A stretch of DNA of 64,000 nucleotides from an uncultured Gammaproteobacteria bacterium (GCA_964558935.1 CAZLFP010000002.1:16356-80355); one strand, 5' to 3'. Positions 28,940 through 39,412 are shown, numbered from the stretch's first letter. A program made the numbers and translations. The notes: generated by a model not told the origin, from the letters alone.

Positions 28940-30025
28940 TTACTTTTTGCCCAGGCGCTTCCAAGGCAACGGGCGTTGACGCTCGATGTGTTCGAGACGC
29001 CCGTAAATATCGTTCAGCTCTTGCTGAACGGTTGCTCCAGCAGCAGTCATAGCCGCTTCAGTCACCGCATTGGCTTGATCATGGACAGCCTGTTGGGCTG
29101 CCTGAGCCGATGTTGCAGCCGACTCTGCCGCAGCAGTCGAGGCGGCCAGCGAAGAGAAAGCTGTTCTCAAAGCCTTATCTTCGAAGTCGTTATTCTTGTC
29201 ATTGCAGAGCAAGTCCACCTCGCTCTCTCCATAGACTCCAGCCACTGCGGCCTCTTCGATAACCCTCACTCTGCCCATAATCTTGTCCAGCTCAGTCCGG
29301 GAGCGGGACTTATGGGTGTTCAAATCCGTTTGTACGGATTTGATGGACCTGGCATTGGCCTGGATGTCGGTGTAGAGGTCTGAGTAAACCTTGTCGATAC
29401 TGTCCAGGCTTCTAATGCCTGCTTGTAAGACATAGGTTTGGACCTCGGTAAATTTTTCCGTGTTAGCCAGGTCATTGATTTCCAGGTCAGTGGCTTCCGG
29501 ATAGGCAGCCTTGGCAAGAATCTTCTTGTCTTGCTTCAACTCACCCTGGACATCTAGCAGGTTCGAGTCCAGAACCTGGATCTGGTCTGCCGCATCCGTG
29601 AGTGTGATGGGGCACTCTTCCTGTTCGAAGTTCCAGAATTCTTTGAACTTGCCGCTGATATTGGCGGCCAGTTCACCGGCATCCTGGGCTTCTCTCGTCG
29701 CCGCCCTGGCCGTCTGGTTCGCTCGGTAGGTGAACCAAGCGGACACGAGAAGTCCGGCGATCAGCATGCACATTAGGACCCAGGCCAGACCAAGACTCAC
29801 TCCCAGCCTGTTGATCCGCCAAGACTCATTCGGTTGCGGTTGGGTATCATCTACCGCGTCGGCCGTCTTGTTGAGCTCAGAGATGTCTTTCTCTGTCTGC
29901 TTAATGGCCGTTGACACGGCCATCATTTCTTCCTGCTCTTCATCTGTCGGCTTCTCGATTGACTCGAGAGCCGCCAACTGCCCTTTCAGGCGTTGTAGAT
30001 CTGCCTGCAGTTCATCCAGGTTCAT
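28940..30025 (-). CDS. Hypothetical coiled-coil membrane protein encoded in a GC-rich (about 55%) segment
   Basis: 361 aa. N-terminal coiled coil. Single TM (LGVSLGLAWVLMCMLIAGLLVSAWF). Long extracytoplasmic coiled-coil and Ala-rich tail. Confidence 0.55.
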   Translation of the reverse strand: MNLDELQADLQRLKGQLAALESIEKPTDEEQEEMMAVSTAIKQTEKDISELNKTADAVDDTQPQPNESWRINRLGVSLGLAWVLMCMLIAGLLVSAWFTYRANQTARAATREAQDAGELAANISGKFKEFWNFEQEECPITLTDAADQIQVLDSNLLDVQGELKQDKKILAKAAYPEATDLEINDLANTEKFTEVQTYVLQAGIRSLDSIDKVYSDLYTDIQANARSIKSVQTDLNTHKSRSRTELDKIMGRVRVIEEAAVAGVYGESEVDLLCNDKNNDFEDKALRTAFSSLAASTAAAESAATSAQAAQQAVHDQANAVTEAAMTAAGATVQQELNDIYGRLEHIERQRPLPWKRLGKK

Positions 30026-30274
30026 TCTTTCTTCCTCCTCATTTTTCCCGGCAAGACTATCTTGCCAGGATTTTGTGGTTGTCAGTGAACATCAGCAAAC
30101 ACCATGTTTACCGAATATATTAGTGTATCATAAATATTCAAAAATGTCAATGTTTTGAAACAAAATTTGTTTAAATTTAGATAAATTATCTTTAACTCGA
30201 GAAGATTAATATTCTTCCTCTCTCTTTTGATATAAATATGGTATAATATATGCAAGAAAATATCTTTAATTAAT

Positions 30275-33200
30275 ATGGCTACTAAGCAAAAGTCAGAAAC
30301 CCCTGCTGCACAAGAACAGTTGTCAGCTCAAGAGGGAGGCGATTTATCTCAGATGAGATCAAGCACTCTTGGCATGTTGCAAGAAACGATAGCTGAAGCA
30401 GATCCCACCCATCAACATTTTGAGGATTTTACTGAAACTGATCTAGCTGGATTAGATGAGGATCAGTTAAGTGAGTTACAAGTATACTTTGAGGTGTTAC
30501 AAGATAAATTCAGCTCGGAAAACATAGATGAGCAACAGACTGAGTATATTGAACAGATTGTGGCGGCTCTGGCACAATTCTTACCTGAAAAACTGGTGCG
30601 AGAAAAGTGTCTGGATTATCGGGAAGTGGAAGAACCATCGGGTGAGGTTGAGTCTTCATCTGTGACAACTGCAGAACAACGGGAGCAAAAGACTCAACAG
30701 GCAGTTGAGTATTTTAAGTATTTATTTGATCAGGCGGTGCGAGATCATGACCTGACTACCGTTGAAGCCATTAAAGATTTCAATGCCGGTGATGGTACAC
30801 AGGAGGTGGGCGTGGATCTGATTTACAAACGAGTGTATGAAGAATACAAGCGAGCGGAGATGGATGACCAGAGTTTTGATGAACAAACCGAAACATATTT
30901 AATTAATCATATGAGAAGACTAATTGACCGCAGACCAGATCGTCAGCCAACAAAGCCAGAAACCGTAGAAGACAAAACACAAGAGCTGACTGATGCCCTG
31001 ATCACAGAATTTGAGCGTGAGGTCGAGCAATATAATTTGATGGAATATTCCAATCTGAAACAGTACATACAAAATAGAGAAGTTGCTTCTTTGACCAAGA
31101 GAATCTTAGAACAGCATGCTGATTGGCAGTTTAATAAAAACCAAGCTATAGATGATTTCCAAGAATATGTTGCAAGGTTTGTCAGCGAAATTAAAGATGG
31201 TCGTGAACAGGTAACAACAGCTGAAAATTCAGCTGAACAAGAGCAGAATGAAGTTGCAGAAGCAGTCGCTTACTTTCAAGAATTATTGGACTATTATGTA
31301 GAAAACAAAGTTTCCAACAAAATAGAATTTAATAGTTCAGTTATGCTTGGCTTAAGAGACAAGCTTAAAGATGATGTTTTGCATCGGTATGATTTAAAAG
31401 GTCAGGCTTTGGATGATTTTGATCAGCAAGTGCAAGCATATTACAAACAAGTTTTTGAGGCTTTACCTGATGAAGAAACAGATTCAGGATCTACTAAAGT
31501 TAATCCATTTAGAGATAAATTGAAAAGAATAAAAGAGCAAGAACAAAAACCACCGGCGGCAACTCCTGAACAAACACCACCGGCGGCAACTCCTGAAGCT
31601 CCAGATGAAACAAGTGTGAGTCCTCAAGAACAGCAGCCTCAAGAGCCAGAACCAGTTAAGGTTAAAGTTACAGATCGTAGAGCTGGTAATGTAGAAAGGC
31701 AAACAATAGTAAAGGAAGCTAACCAGCGTGAAATAAAAGAAACACAACCTGAAGAGCAAGATGATTTTTATCCTGCGGAAGCTGAAGCTCACGGTTGGGA
31801 ACCAGATGGTGAGCAACCCAAATCAATTACTCCAGAAGAAAGCGCTAAACCAATTGCCCCAGAAGTAAGCGCTGAGTTAGAAGTCAACCTAGAACAAGCC
31901 AGAATCGCCTATTACCAAGCTAGAATGCAAAACAAAAAACCGGCAGACTTAGAGCCTTTAAGACAAGCCTACGAAGCAGCTTTAAGAGTTAAGATTGAAG
32001 CTCAAGTGGATCGTGGCAATACAGAGTCAGCAATTGCAAATCAAATGTTGGAGGCATATCAACAGGAAGAAAAACAGATTGAAGAGCTATATGGAGAGCA
32101 TACCGGATCTTGGTGGGAAAAGAAACTGGCTTGGATTAATAAGCAGGCTGGTAAACGTATGGCTGTAGGTTTAAGCATGTTGGGTGCAAATACAGCTTTA
32201 TGGGGAGTAACTAAATTGGCGCCTGAGCTGTTATCTGCCGTACCGGTAGTTGGTACAGTAACAACTATTACTCGTATTCCTTTAAGCTTTTTAGGTGGAG
32301 TGGCATTAGCTGAAGGTTTAATGGCTAGATCATATGAAAGAGGTATAACCACAGATGTTTACAATAAGTTAAAGAAAAAACATTCCAAAGGCATTTTGTG
32401 GTGGCGGAAAACAGATCATGATGCGATAAAACAAGAAATTCCTGATGCTATCGGGAACATTGAGTTACCTGAATTGCAGAAGGAACTGTCTAAATTAAGA
32501 GTGATTGCCGAGCGCAAAGGCGGTAGACGGCAAGAGGTGTTTGGAGCGGGCTATTCGGATGTCGCTGAAGCTATCTACCAGAAAGCTATTGTGGAAATGG
32601 CAGCTCGTTTTACCAGGATGGAACAAGAGCAGCGCGATGATTCTCAAGAGGATGAACAGGTTAAGGCTCAGTTGCTAAACAGCATGTTAGACGACTACCT
32701 GGGTGATGTACATCTGGCAGAAGAAGCCGAGGGTCGCAAAGATAAAGCGGTTGCAAAAAGACGTATGGCCATCTCCCTAGCGGCTGGTACAGCTTTAGCC
32801 GCCTTTCCGGCTAATCGTTTAATTACCGGTTGGGGCGGAGCAGAAATCGCTGACGCCAGCGGTGTGGATTCTGAATTAATGGCTTATAATACTCCACCGG
32901 CAGTTGACACTCCGTCCGAATTAGACATGGCCCCAGATCAGACAGGTGTGGAAGCTTCTGTCGGGCCCAGAGATCTTGTATTACCAGCTGAACCGGATTT
33001 AACACTGGCTCAAGAGTTTGGTCAATCCCATGCTTTACTTGAAGCAACCGGAGCAGAAATTCAGGTTGAAGCGGGTGGCCCTATCCAAGTTACTTACGAG
33101 ATTGGAGCCGGCAAAGACTTTGCGCACTTAGACCAAGCCTTAAGAAGATTGGTCGTTCAAGAGTTCAATGTCGGACAGGATAATACTTTCAGTGCTCTTG

Positions 33201-34687
33201 AAGCCGGACAGGCTGAAAACGTTTTAGCTAATTTAAGAACTTTGTTGGAAGGTAATCCGGTAGCCGGTTTTAAACCCGAAGATATTAAGGGGGTGGTGAG
33301 TTATGCGGACGGTAAGCTGGTGGTACAGGATTACGAGCAATTTGAAGGCTTGTATGGTAAGTTGTTAGGCCATGCGCAAGAAATCATCACTGAAGAGTCA
33401 GGAGCTTTGGATCATATAAATGCTACCTCAGTTAAAAACTGGGAAAAGATGTTTGCTCTCAAAGATTCGGTCAACACTGCTGATGTAGATTTTAATAGCT
33501 TTGTGTCTGACGCTGGCCCAACCCAGCCCGGCATGTCCATGCCTCAGCCAGTAGATGGTGCTGCGCCTGAGCCAACTCCCTTGGCGATGAGTGAAGCAGC
33601 TGCTGTGCCAGAAGTAGGAGTCGAGGTGGAAATACCGACAGCTGAAACACCATCACCGGTAGAGGTTCAAATTGAACCAGACAGCATGTCTGAAACCGTG
33701 CCGGTTGAAACAAGTGGTTCACTTGACAGTTTGTATGCACCATCTGCGGAAGTACCTGCTGAATCAGTCGGGGAGGCTGCAGTTCTATCTGCAGAAAACA
33801 TGGATCACATAACTAGCGAGATGTTGGCTGACATGCAGACACCACAGAACGATATAACCCAGATGTTTCTAAACAATGAACTTGAGAAATTAAATGCCCA
33901 GGTTCAGGGTAAACTTCATGTTTTTAAAGAAATAACGGATGGTAAGCTTGCGATTACTTTAAGTATAGGAAATGAGCCGGTTGAAATGATAATCGATGGC
34001 TCATCTGTCGCTGATCTAAATGATCAATTTTCACCTGAGTTACAAAGTCAAGTTGCAACCATTGTTAAGAATATAGTTGAAGTTAAAGAAACCGCTGGAT
34101 TTGACAACGGAGAAGAAGCGTTGAAATTCATGAATTTGATTAGTGCCGTACAAGACACAGATGAAAGTCAGATGGCAGTTTTTTACCAAGGCGTAAAGTG
34201 TGAGCCAGTGGGTATATTAGCCAAGGAATATGTAGGTAGTTGGCTTCAAACAGCTAAGCAGCAAGAGATATTTGAACATTTGTTAGCTACATCTAAAGAA
34301 AATATTGATTACCAACAAATTGCCAATATTATCAAAGTCACAGGTAAAAGTGTTCTACCAGGCGGAGGAGAAGTCTTTTTGATGGAGAGTATAGTAGAGG
34401 GTACTACAGAGTCGTTAGAACCAATTTTGGGAGATTTAGTACATAGCGACACTACCGTACCGGTTGTTGACAATTTGCGTAACGTAACGATTGAAAATCT
34501 GGGTCCGCATAATTTAAAGCTGACTCTAGAGTATGGAATGCGAAGGCCACAAGCGATTATCGAATATATTCAAGGAGATAGATTGGTTAGAGAGCAATTT
34601 GATGTTTCCGGAACGTTTGGTAACAGTTTTGATAATGCTTTAGAATACATGCGAAATTTCGATCCCAAGGTAAGACTTGAATTGTAA
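30275..34687 (+). CDS. Giant (1470-aa) highly acidic hypothetical protein with central TM hairpin
   Basis: Uninterrupted ORF. Glu/Asp/Gln-rich. Tandem repeat PPAATPE(Q/A). Hydrophobic segment around residues 620-680. Extended -10 TGGTATAAT upstream. Confidence 0.7.
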   Translation: MATKQKSETPAAQEQLSAQEGGDLSQMRSSTLGMLQETIAEADPTHQHFEDFTETDLAGLDEDQLSELQVYFEVLQDKFSSENIDEQQTEYIEQIVAALAQFLPEKLVREKCLDYREVEEPSGEVESSSVTTAEQREQKTQQAVEYFKYLFDQAVRDHDLTTVEAIKDFNAGDGTQEVGVDLIYKRVYEEYKRAEMDDQSFDEQTETYLINHMRRLIDRRPDRQPTKPETVEDKTQELTDALITEFEREVEQYNLMEYSNLKQYIQNREVASLTKRILEQHADWQFNKNQAIDDFQEYVARFVSEIKDGREQVTTAENSAEQEQNEVAEAVAYFQELLDYYVENKVSNKIEFNSSVMLGLRDKLKDDVLHRYDLKGQALDDFDQQVQAYYKQVFEALPDEETDSGSTKVNPFRDKLKRIKEQEQKPPAATPEQTPPAATPEAPDETSVSPQEQQPQEPEPVKVKVTDRRAGNVERQTIVKEANQREIKETQPEEQDDFYPAEAEAHGWEPDGEQPKSITPEESAKPIAPEVSAELEVNLEQARIAYYQARMQNKKPADLEPLRQAYEAALRVKIEAQVDRGNTESAIANQMLEAYQQEEKQIEELYGEHTGSWWEKKLAWINKQAGKRMAVGLSMLGANTALWGVTKLAPELLSAVPVVGTVTTITRIPLSFLGGVALAEGLMARSYERGITTDVYNKLKKKHSKGILWWRKTDHDAIKQEIPDAIGNIELPELQKELSKLRVIAERKGGRRQEVFGAGYSDVAEAIYQKAIVEMAARFTRMEQEQRDDSQEDEQVKAQLLNSMLDDYLGDVHLAEEAEGRKDKAVAKRRMAISLAAGTALAAFPANRLITGWGGAEIADASGVDSELMAYNTPPAVDTPSELDMAPDQTGVEASVGPRDLVLPAEPDLTLAQEFGQSHALLEATGAEIQVEAGGPIQVTYEIGAGKDFAHLDQALRRLVVQEFNVGQDNTFSALEAGQAENVLANLRTLLEGNPVAGFKPEDIKGVVSYADGKLVVQDYEQFEGLYGKLLGHAQEIITEESGALDHINATSVKNWEKMFALKDSVNTADVDFNSFVSDAGPTQPGMSMPQPVDGAAPEPTPLAMSEAAAVPEVGVEVEIPTAETPSPVEVQIEPDSMSETVPVETSGSLDSLYAPSAEVPAESVGEAAVLSAENMDHITSEMLADMQTPQNDITQMFLNNELEKLNAQVQGKLHVFKEITDGKLAITLSIGNEPVEMIIDGSSVADLNDQFSPELQSQVATIVKNIVEVKETAGFDNGEEALKFMNLISAVQDTDESQMAVFYQGVKCEPVGILAKEYVGSWLQTAKQQEIFEHLLATSKENIDYQQIANIIKVTGKSVLPGGGEVFLMESIVEGTTESLEPILGDLVHSDTTVPVVDNLRNVTIENLGPHNLKLTLEYGMRRPQAIIEYIQGDRLVREQFDVSGTFGNSFDNALEYMRNFDPKVRLEL

Positions 34688-34717
34688 ATAGTGTTTAATT
34701 TAACCTAACTCAAACAT

Positions 34718-35038
34718 ATGAAATTAAAATTCCTAGCTGCCGATATCTTTGATCTGATGGGTATGAGTAATTTACCGGATGATCAAAAGATTGCCATGTT
34801 AACCAAAATGAATGCCATTGTCGGGCAAAGAATCATGTTCCGAGTCATGGATCAATTGTCTGAAGCAGACAATGAAGCTTTGGACAAATTAATTCAAGCA
34901 GAGGCCGGTCAAGATGAGATCAATAATTTCCTCAAAGGCAAAGTAGATCTGGAGATGATCATTACCGAGGAAATCACCCAGTTTAAACAGCAGCTCAGCC
35001 AAGACTTCAACGCTATTATCCAATCTGCCAAGCAGTAA
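34718..35038 (+). CDS. Hypothetical 106-aa protein
   Basis: ORF immediately downstream of the giant gene. Acidic and helical. No motif. Confidence 0.45.
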   Translation: MKLKFLAADIFDLMGMSNLPDDQKIAMLTKMNAIVGQRIMFRVMDQLSEADNEALDKLIQAEAGQDEINNFLKGKVDLEMIITEEITQFKQQLSQDFNAIIQSAKQ

Positions 35039-35086
35039 GATGAATCAAAAAACCACTCCGGCCAGGAGTGGTTTTGTAGTTGATGG

Positions 35087-35431
35087 TTATTTCAGTTTCT
35101 CAACAATTTGAGCAAAGACCTGAGGTTCTTTTTCTGCCAGTTGAGACAAGACTTTTCTGTCCAGCTCCACCTGGTTTTTCTTAAGTTTGTCTATGAATTG
35201 AGAATAACTCAAGCCGTGTTGTCTGACAGCAGCGTTTAATTTTGTCTGCCATAATCTTCTGTTGACTCTTTTTTTGGCTCTTCTGTCTCTTAAGGCATAA
35301 GCTCCGGCTTTGGTGGTGGCAGTCTTAGCCAACTTGATCAAATTCTTTCTGCCCCACTTGTAGCCCTTGGCCTGCTTTAAAATATTTTTTCTAGTTTTTG
35401 AATGGATTACGCCACGTTTAACTCTCGGCAT
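35087..35431 (-). CDS. rplT: 50S ribosomal protein L20
   Basis: 114 aa. Starts MPRVKRGV ... KRRLWIARINAA-like, basic. Confidence 0.95.
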   Translation of the reverse strand: MPRVKRGVIHSKTRKNILKQAKGYKWGRKNLIKLAKTATTKAGAYALRDRRAKKRVNRRLWQTKLNAAVRQHGLSYSQFIDKLKKNQVELDRKVLSQLAEKEPQVFAQIVEKLK

Positions 35432-35436
35432 ATGTT

Positions 35437-35637
35437 TTAATTATACGGTATCATTTTCTTAATATTCTTCACATCAGCTTTAGCGATCTGTGAATCCCGT
35501 CTTTTGTTTCTTTTGGTGTTGCCGGATTCACGAGCATTAAAATGATCTTGGCCACCGGTTCTTTTAAGAATTTTTTTCTTTTTAGTGACCTTAAATCTCT
35601 TAGCAACCGCTTGTCTGGTTTTTAATTTTTTAGGCAT
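35437..35637 (-). CDS. rpmI: 50S ribosomal protein L35
   Basis: 66 aa, basic. Starts MPKKLKTRQAVAKRFKVT. Confidence 0.9.
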   Translation of the reverse strand: MPKKLKTRQAVAKRFKVTKKKKILKRTGGQDHFNARESGNTKRNKRRDSQIAKADVKNIKKMIPYN

Positions 35638-35645
35638 ATGATTAG

Positions 35646-36209
35646 TTACAGACTGATAACAGCAGACAATTTGTTACCTTGTTTTTTAACTGTCTGTTCT
35701 GTTTTAAGTTCTTTATCTTCAATTAAATTATTAATCTCTGAGATAAACCGGATAATTTGTTCTTCAGCCAGATCCGCATGCTGATTTTCTCTGCCTCTGA
35801 GTTGCATTTCAATCTTAACCTTGTGACCTTCTTGCAGAAATTTAAGAGCTTGTTTGCCTCTGAATTCTTGGTCATGCTGGGAAATTCTGGCAGATAGCTT
35901 AACCGTTTTGGTTTCGGTGGTTTTTTGTTTGGCTTTCTGTTTTCTTTCTTGTTTGTCTCGCTGGTATTTGAAACTGCCGTAGTCCATAATCTTACAAATT
36001 GGCGGCTGGCTTTTGGGTGAAACTTCGACTAAGTCCAAGTCTCTCTCACGAGCCAAAGCCAAAGCTTGGCGGACATTGACCACTCCCAGGCTTTCTCCTT
36101 GGTCATCGATTAACATGACTTGTTGAGCCAAGATTTTCTCGTTGGCTCTAAATTCTTTGTGGCTTTTGGATTGTTGTTGTTTTTTACGACCGCGAAAAGA
36201 TCTGCGCAT
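35646..36209 (-). CDS. infC: Translation initiation factor IF-3
   Basis: EKILAQQVMLIDDQGESLGV ... DLDLVEVSPKSQPPICKIMDYGSFKY. The ORF is open to 36287. The true start is probably at or after the internal ATG at 36209. IF-3 often uses non-ATG starts. Confidence 0.82.
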   Translation of the reverse strand: MRRSFRGRKKQQQSKSHKEFRANEKILAQQVMLIDDQGESLGVVNVRQALALARERDLDLVEVSPKSQPPICKIMDYGSFKYQRDKQERKQKAKQKTTETKTVKLSARISQHDQEFRGKQALKFLQEGHKVKIEMQLRGRENQHADLAEEQIIRFISEINNLIEDKELKTEQTVKKQGNKLSAVISL

Positions 36210-36620
36210 TAGCTGAATTATTAATCGGGTGGAGATGAGGAGTAATGAACTCCTGTCTGGCAATAAGCGAAGTAAATCAGTTGACAAGTTTTTGCTCTTT
36301 GAATGTTTTAAGCTACAACCTAACTAAAGAGCGAGATAGTCATAGCCGAAGTCTGTAAGTTTAAATAACTTACCCAGACTAAGCAAGTTACCGAGCCTAA
36401 GAATATGACACCGCTACCAACCATATAGGCCTAAGCTGGGCGATGGCTGTCAGCTTATTTAAGCAACAGCTGGTGCCAAAGCTAAACCGCTAAAAGCAGT
36501 TTTGACTCTAGCTAATAAGTTTTTTGCACTTATCTGGTGATGGTTTTTGACCTGGTTGCCAACAAACCGGACTTGCTGATTTACCTGTTATTCCCATCGA
36601 ATCATAACATCCCCAAGATA
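36210..36620 (-). promoter_or_regulatory. Long (about 400-nt), moderately GC-rich 5' UTR of the infC-rpmI-rplT operon; candidate L20-leader-type autoregulatory RNA
   Basis: No ORF in the segment. Position equivalent to the L20 leader of Firmicutes. Not verified by motif. Confidence 0.25.
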
Positions 36621-36624
36621 GGAA

Positions 36625-37092
36625 TCAGGATCTTTTTAAAGATCGGTTAATTTCACGCTCAGCCTCTCTTTTCTTGATAGTCTGGCGCTTATCTAGCTTG
36701 GTTTTACCTTTGGCTAGACCAATATCTAATTTAATTAATCCTTTCTTAGTATATACGGAAATTGGTATAATTGTCAAGCCCTTTTGGCTTAATTTACCAA
36801 TTAAAGATTTAATTTCCTTTTTTTTAAGTAAAAGTTTGCGCGGTTTTTCCGGTAGATAGTTTTTTTGCTGGCTTTGAGCCGGTTTGTAAGCAGAAATATG
36901 GCTATTTTTCAGCCAGACCTCACCTTGGCCGTCAATGGTTACATAACTGCCTTTTAAGCTAATTTGACCGTTTTTTACCGCTTTGACTTCCGGCCCGGTC
37001 AAAGCAATGCCGGCTTGGTAGGTCTGGATCAGTTCATAATTGAACAAACCCTGTTTGTTGGTTTGAATTATACCCATAGATAGAATTGACAC
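36625..37092 (-). CDS. smpB: SsrA-binding protein SmpB
   Basis: 155 aa. GIALTGPEVKAV ... and a C-terminal basic tail. Confidence 0.92.
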   Translation of the reverse strand: MSILSMGIIQTNKQGLFNYELIQTYQAGIALTGPEVKAVKNGQISLKGSYVTIDGQGEVWLKNSHISAYKPAQSQQKNYLPEKPRKLLLKKKEIKSLIGKLSQKGLTIIPISVYTKKGLIKLDIGLAKGKTKLDKRQTIKKREAEREINRSLKRS

Positions 37093-37156
37093 TTAGACTA
37101 ATGGTTAGTATAATTTTAGTAAAGATAACTCATTTAGGCAATATTTTATTTGCTCC

Positions 37157-38200
37157 ATGCCTGCCTCACAAGATAAAATTACGATTGAAATCTCTTCTTT
37201 GACCATGATTAAGGTGTTAATCATCATTTTGTTGGTCTTCTTTTTGTTTTTCATTCGTCAAATAATCTTATTGGTTTTTGTCTCATTAATACTAGCTTCG
37301 GCTTTTGATCCCTGGGTGGATTACATGCAAAAGCATAAGATGCCCAGAGTAGTTGGTGTCTTAATCATTTATGCGATTGTGTTTTTAGTTCTGGGTTTTG
37401 CCACTTATTCCATTATCCCTCCGATTGCCATTGAAGTCAGTCAGTTGGCCAATGACTTCCCGGTTTATTGGGAGAACATCAATAGCAGTTTGCAAAATTT
37501 TCGTGCCTTCAGTACTGACCATGGCCTAAATGATAATATCAGCGGATCATTGAAAGCCGTGCAAGATGCTTTAAGCGGTGGCGTATTCAGTACCATCTGG
37601 TCATTCTTTGGTGGAGTTGTGTCGTTCTTTATTATTATGATGATTACTTTTTACATGACGGTGGATGAACAAGCTCTGAAAAGAATGTTAAGATCCACCA
37701 TTCCGGTTAAATACCAGCCTTACTTCACTTACATTGTCAATCGCATGCAAGAGAAGATTGGATTGTGGCTCAGAGGCCAGCTCCTGCTTTCTTTCATTAT
37801 CTTTATTCTAACTTTGATTGTTTTAACCATTGCCGGCGTTAAATACGCTTTAGTCCTGGCTCTGTTTGCCGGCATTACGGAGATCATTCCTTATATCGGA
37901 CCTTTTATTGGGTTGGTGCCGGCTGTTTTCATTGCTTTTACCCAGTCCCCCATGTTGGCCTTAATTATTTTAATTGCTTATCTGATTATTCAACAGTTAG
38001 AAAATAATTTTATCGTGCCTCAGGTAATGAAAAAAGCGGTTGGCTTGAATCCAATCGTGACTATTGTGGTCATGTTGGTTGGTTTCCAGATTGCCGGAGT
38101 ATTGGGTGTGTTATTGGCGATTCCAGTCACCACAGCCGCTGGAGTTTTATTTGAAGATATCTTTTTTTCCAAAGATAAAGAAATTAAAAAAACCACTTAG
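37157..38200 (+). CDS. AI-2E family (UPF0118/PerM-like) transporter
   Basis: 347 aa. 7-8 TM helices. Conserved GITEIIPYIGPFIGLVPAV segment. Confidence 0.8.
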   Translation: MPASQDKITIEISSLTMIKVLIIILLVFFLFFIRQIILLVFVSLILASAFDPWVDYMQKHKMPRVVGVLIIYAIVFLVLGFATYSIIPPIAIEVSQLANDFPVYWENINSSLQNFRAFSTDHGLNDNISGSLKAVQDALSGGVFSTIWSFFGGVVSFFIIMMITFYMTVDEQALKRMLRSTIPVKYQPYFTYIVNRMQEKIGLWLRGQLLLSFIIFILTLIVLTIAGVKYALVLALFAGITEIIPYIGPFIGLVPAVFIAFTQSPMLALIILIAYLIIQQLENNFIVPQVMKKAVGLNPIVTIVVMLVGFQIAGVLGVLLAIPVTTAAGVLFEDIFFSKDKEIKKTT

Positions 38201-38249
38201 TTTATAAATAATGTCTGATGGTTAAACTGTTAGACAAGGAGAAAAATAA

Positions 38250-38822
38250 ATGCCAAGACGAACTAATCGGGACGTCTCCGAAATGGTAGACGACCAAGAT
38301 CAAGACTTTGCCAGTGAAGTTGAGCAAGACTTTGAAGCACAAGTCGAAGCTCACTCACCCAGGAAGGGCGGCAACTTGATGAAAATCATTATCACCATCA
38401 TCGTGATCGTTGTTGTGGTTATTGGTGGCTGGTATGTTTTAAGCCTGTTTACTGACATTAGTTTTCCTGGACAGGGCGGTAGCGTTCAGGGCGTGTCAGA
38501 TGACTGGCAGGCGGTTTTCTTAGACAATGGCCAGGTGTATTTTGGTCAGATTAAATCTGTTAGTGACCGAGAATTGGTCTTAACCAACATTTACTATTTG
38601 CAGGTGATTAACAAGCCGTTGCAAATGACAGCAGATGGTACAGAAGACGCCACTCAACAGACTCAACAGGAATTAACGCTGGTTAAGTTGGGCAATGAAT
38701 TACACGGACCAACCGATGAAATGGTTATTAACCGGGATCGGGTTTTGTTAACTGAAAAGTTAAAGGCAGACTCTCCGGTGGTTAAAGGTATTCAAGATTA
38801 CATCAATAAACAGCAAGAATAG
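38250..38822 (+). CDS. Hypothetical membrane-anchored protein
   Basis: 190 aa. Acidic N-terminus. Single TM (IIITIIVIVVVVIGGW). Extracytoplasmic domain. Confidence 0.45.
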   Translation: MPRRTNRDVSEMVDDQDQDFASEVEQDFEAQVEAHSPRKGGNLMKIIITIIVIVVVVIGGWYVLSLFTDISFPGQGGSVQGVSDDWQAVFLDNGQVYFGQIKSVSDRELVLTNIYYLQVINKPLQMTADGTEDATQQTQQELTLVKLGNELHGPTDEMVINRDRVLLTEKLKADSPVVKGIQDYINKQQE

Positions 38823-38899
38823 TGCTTAGTTATTAGTTAAATCCCGTCGCCTCTCAGCGGCGGGATTTTATGATATAATAAGGATATAGATATCTAATT

Positions 38900-39412
38900 A
38901 TGACTCAAAACCATTGGGAGACAGACAATGACTATTTAACGCTTGAGCAGGCAGCTCAGTTACTTAAGTGTCGAGTAGATTTTGTGGAAAGACTGGTTGA
39001 ACAGCACCGACTCAAGGCTTTTAAGATGGGTTATGATTGGCTGACCACCTCAGACTGGTTGCAAGAATACCGCCGGTCGTTGCAAGTTGAATTTGAGCAA
39101 GCCATCAAACACACAGGAGATAATAGCCGGGAGACTTCACCCTATGTTTTGCCGGTTGTTTCTTTTTTTCAGACACCGGCATGGAAATGGTCGGTTATAT
39201 CCATTGGTTTGACTCTGGTATTTTCCATTGTTTTGGGAGTGATCGGTTTGGTGGTGTTGGATTGGGATCTGCCTCAAATCAATGACGAGAGATTAACTTT
39301 AGGTTTTCGGACTTTAATGTCAGATATCTGGCAGCCAAACGGCCAAGTGGCTGGGATAAGTGAGAATGTTTGCTCGCTTGACACCCCTGGTTGTCAAATA
39401 ATGGATTATTAG
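38900..39412 (+). CDS. Hypothetical HTH-domain protein with C-terminal TM segment
   Basis: The N-terminal LTLEQAAQLLKCRVDFVERLV resembles the excisionase/MerR-type HTH. TM at about residues 95-120. Confidence 0.4.
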   Translation: MTQNHWETDNDYLTLEQAAQLLKCRVDFVERLVEQHRLKAFKMGYDWLTTSDWLQEYRRSLQVEFEQAIKHTGDNSRETSPYVLPVVSFFQTPAWKWSVISIGLTLVFSIVLGVIGLVVLDWDLPQINDERLTLGFRTLMSDIWQPNGQVAGISENVCSLDTPGCQIMDY

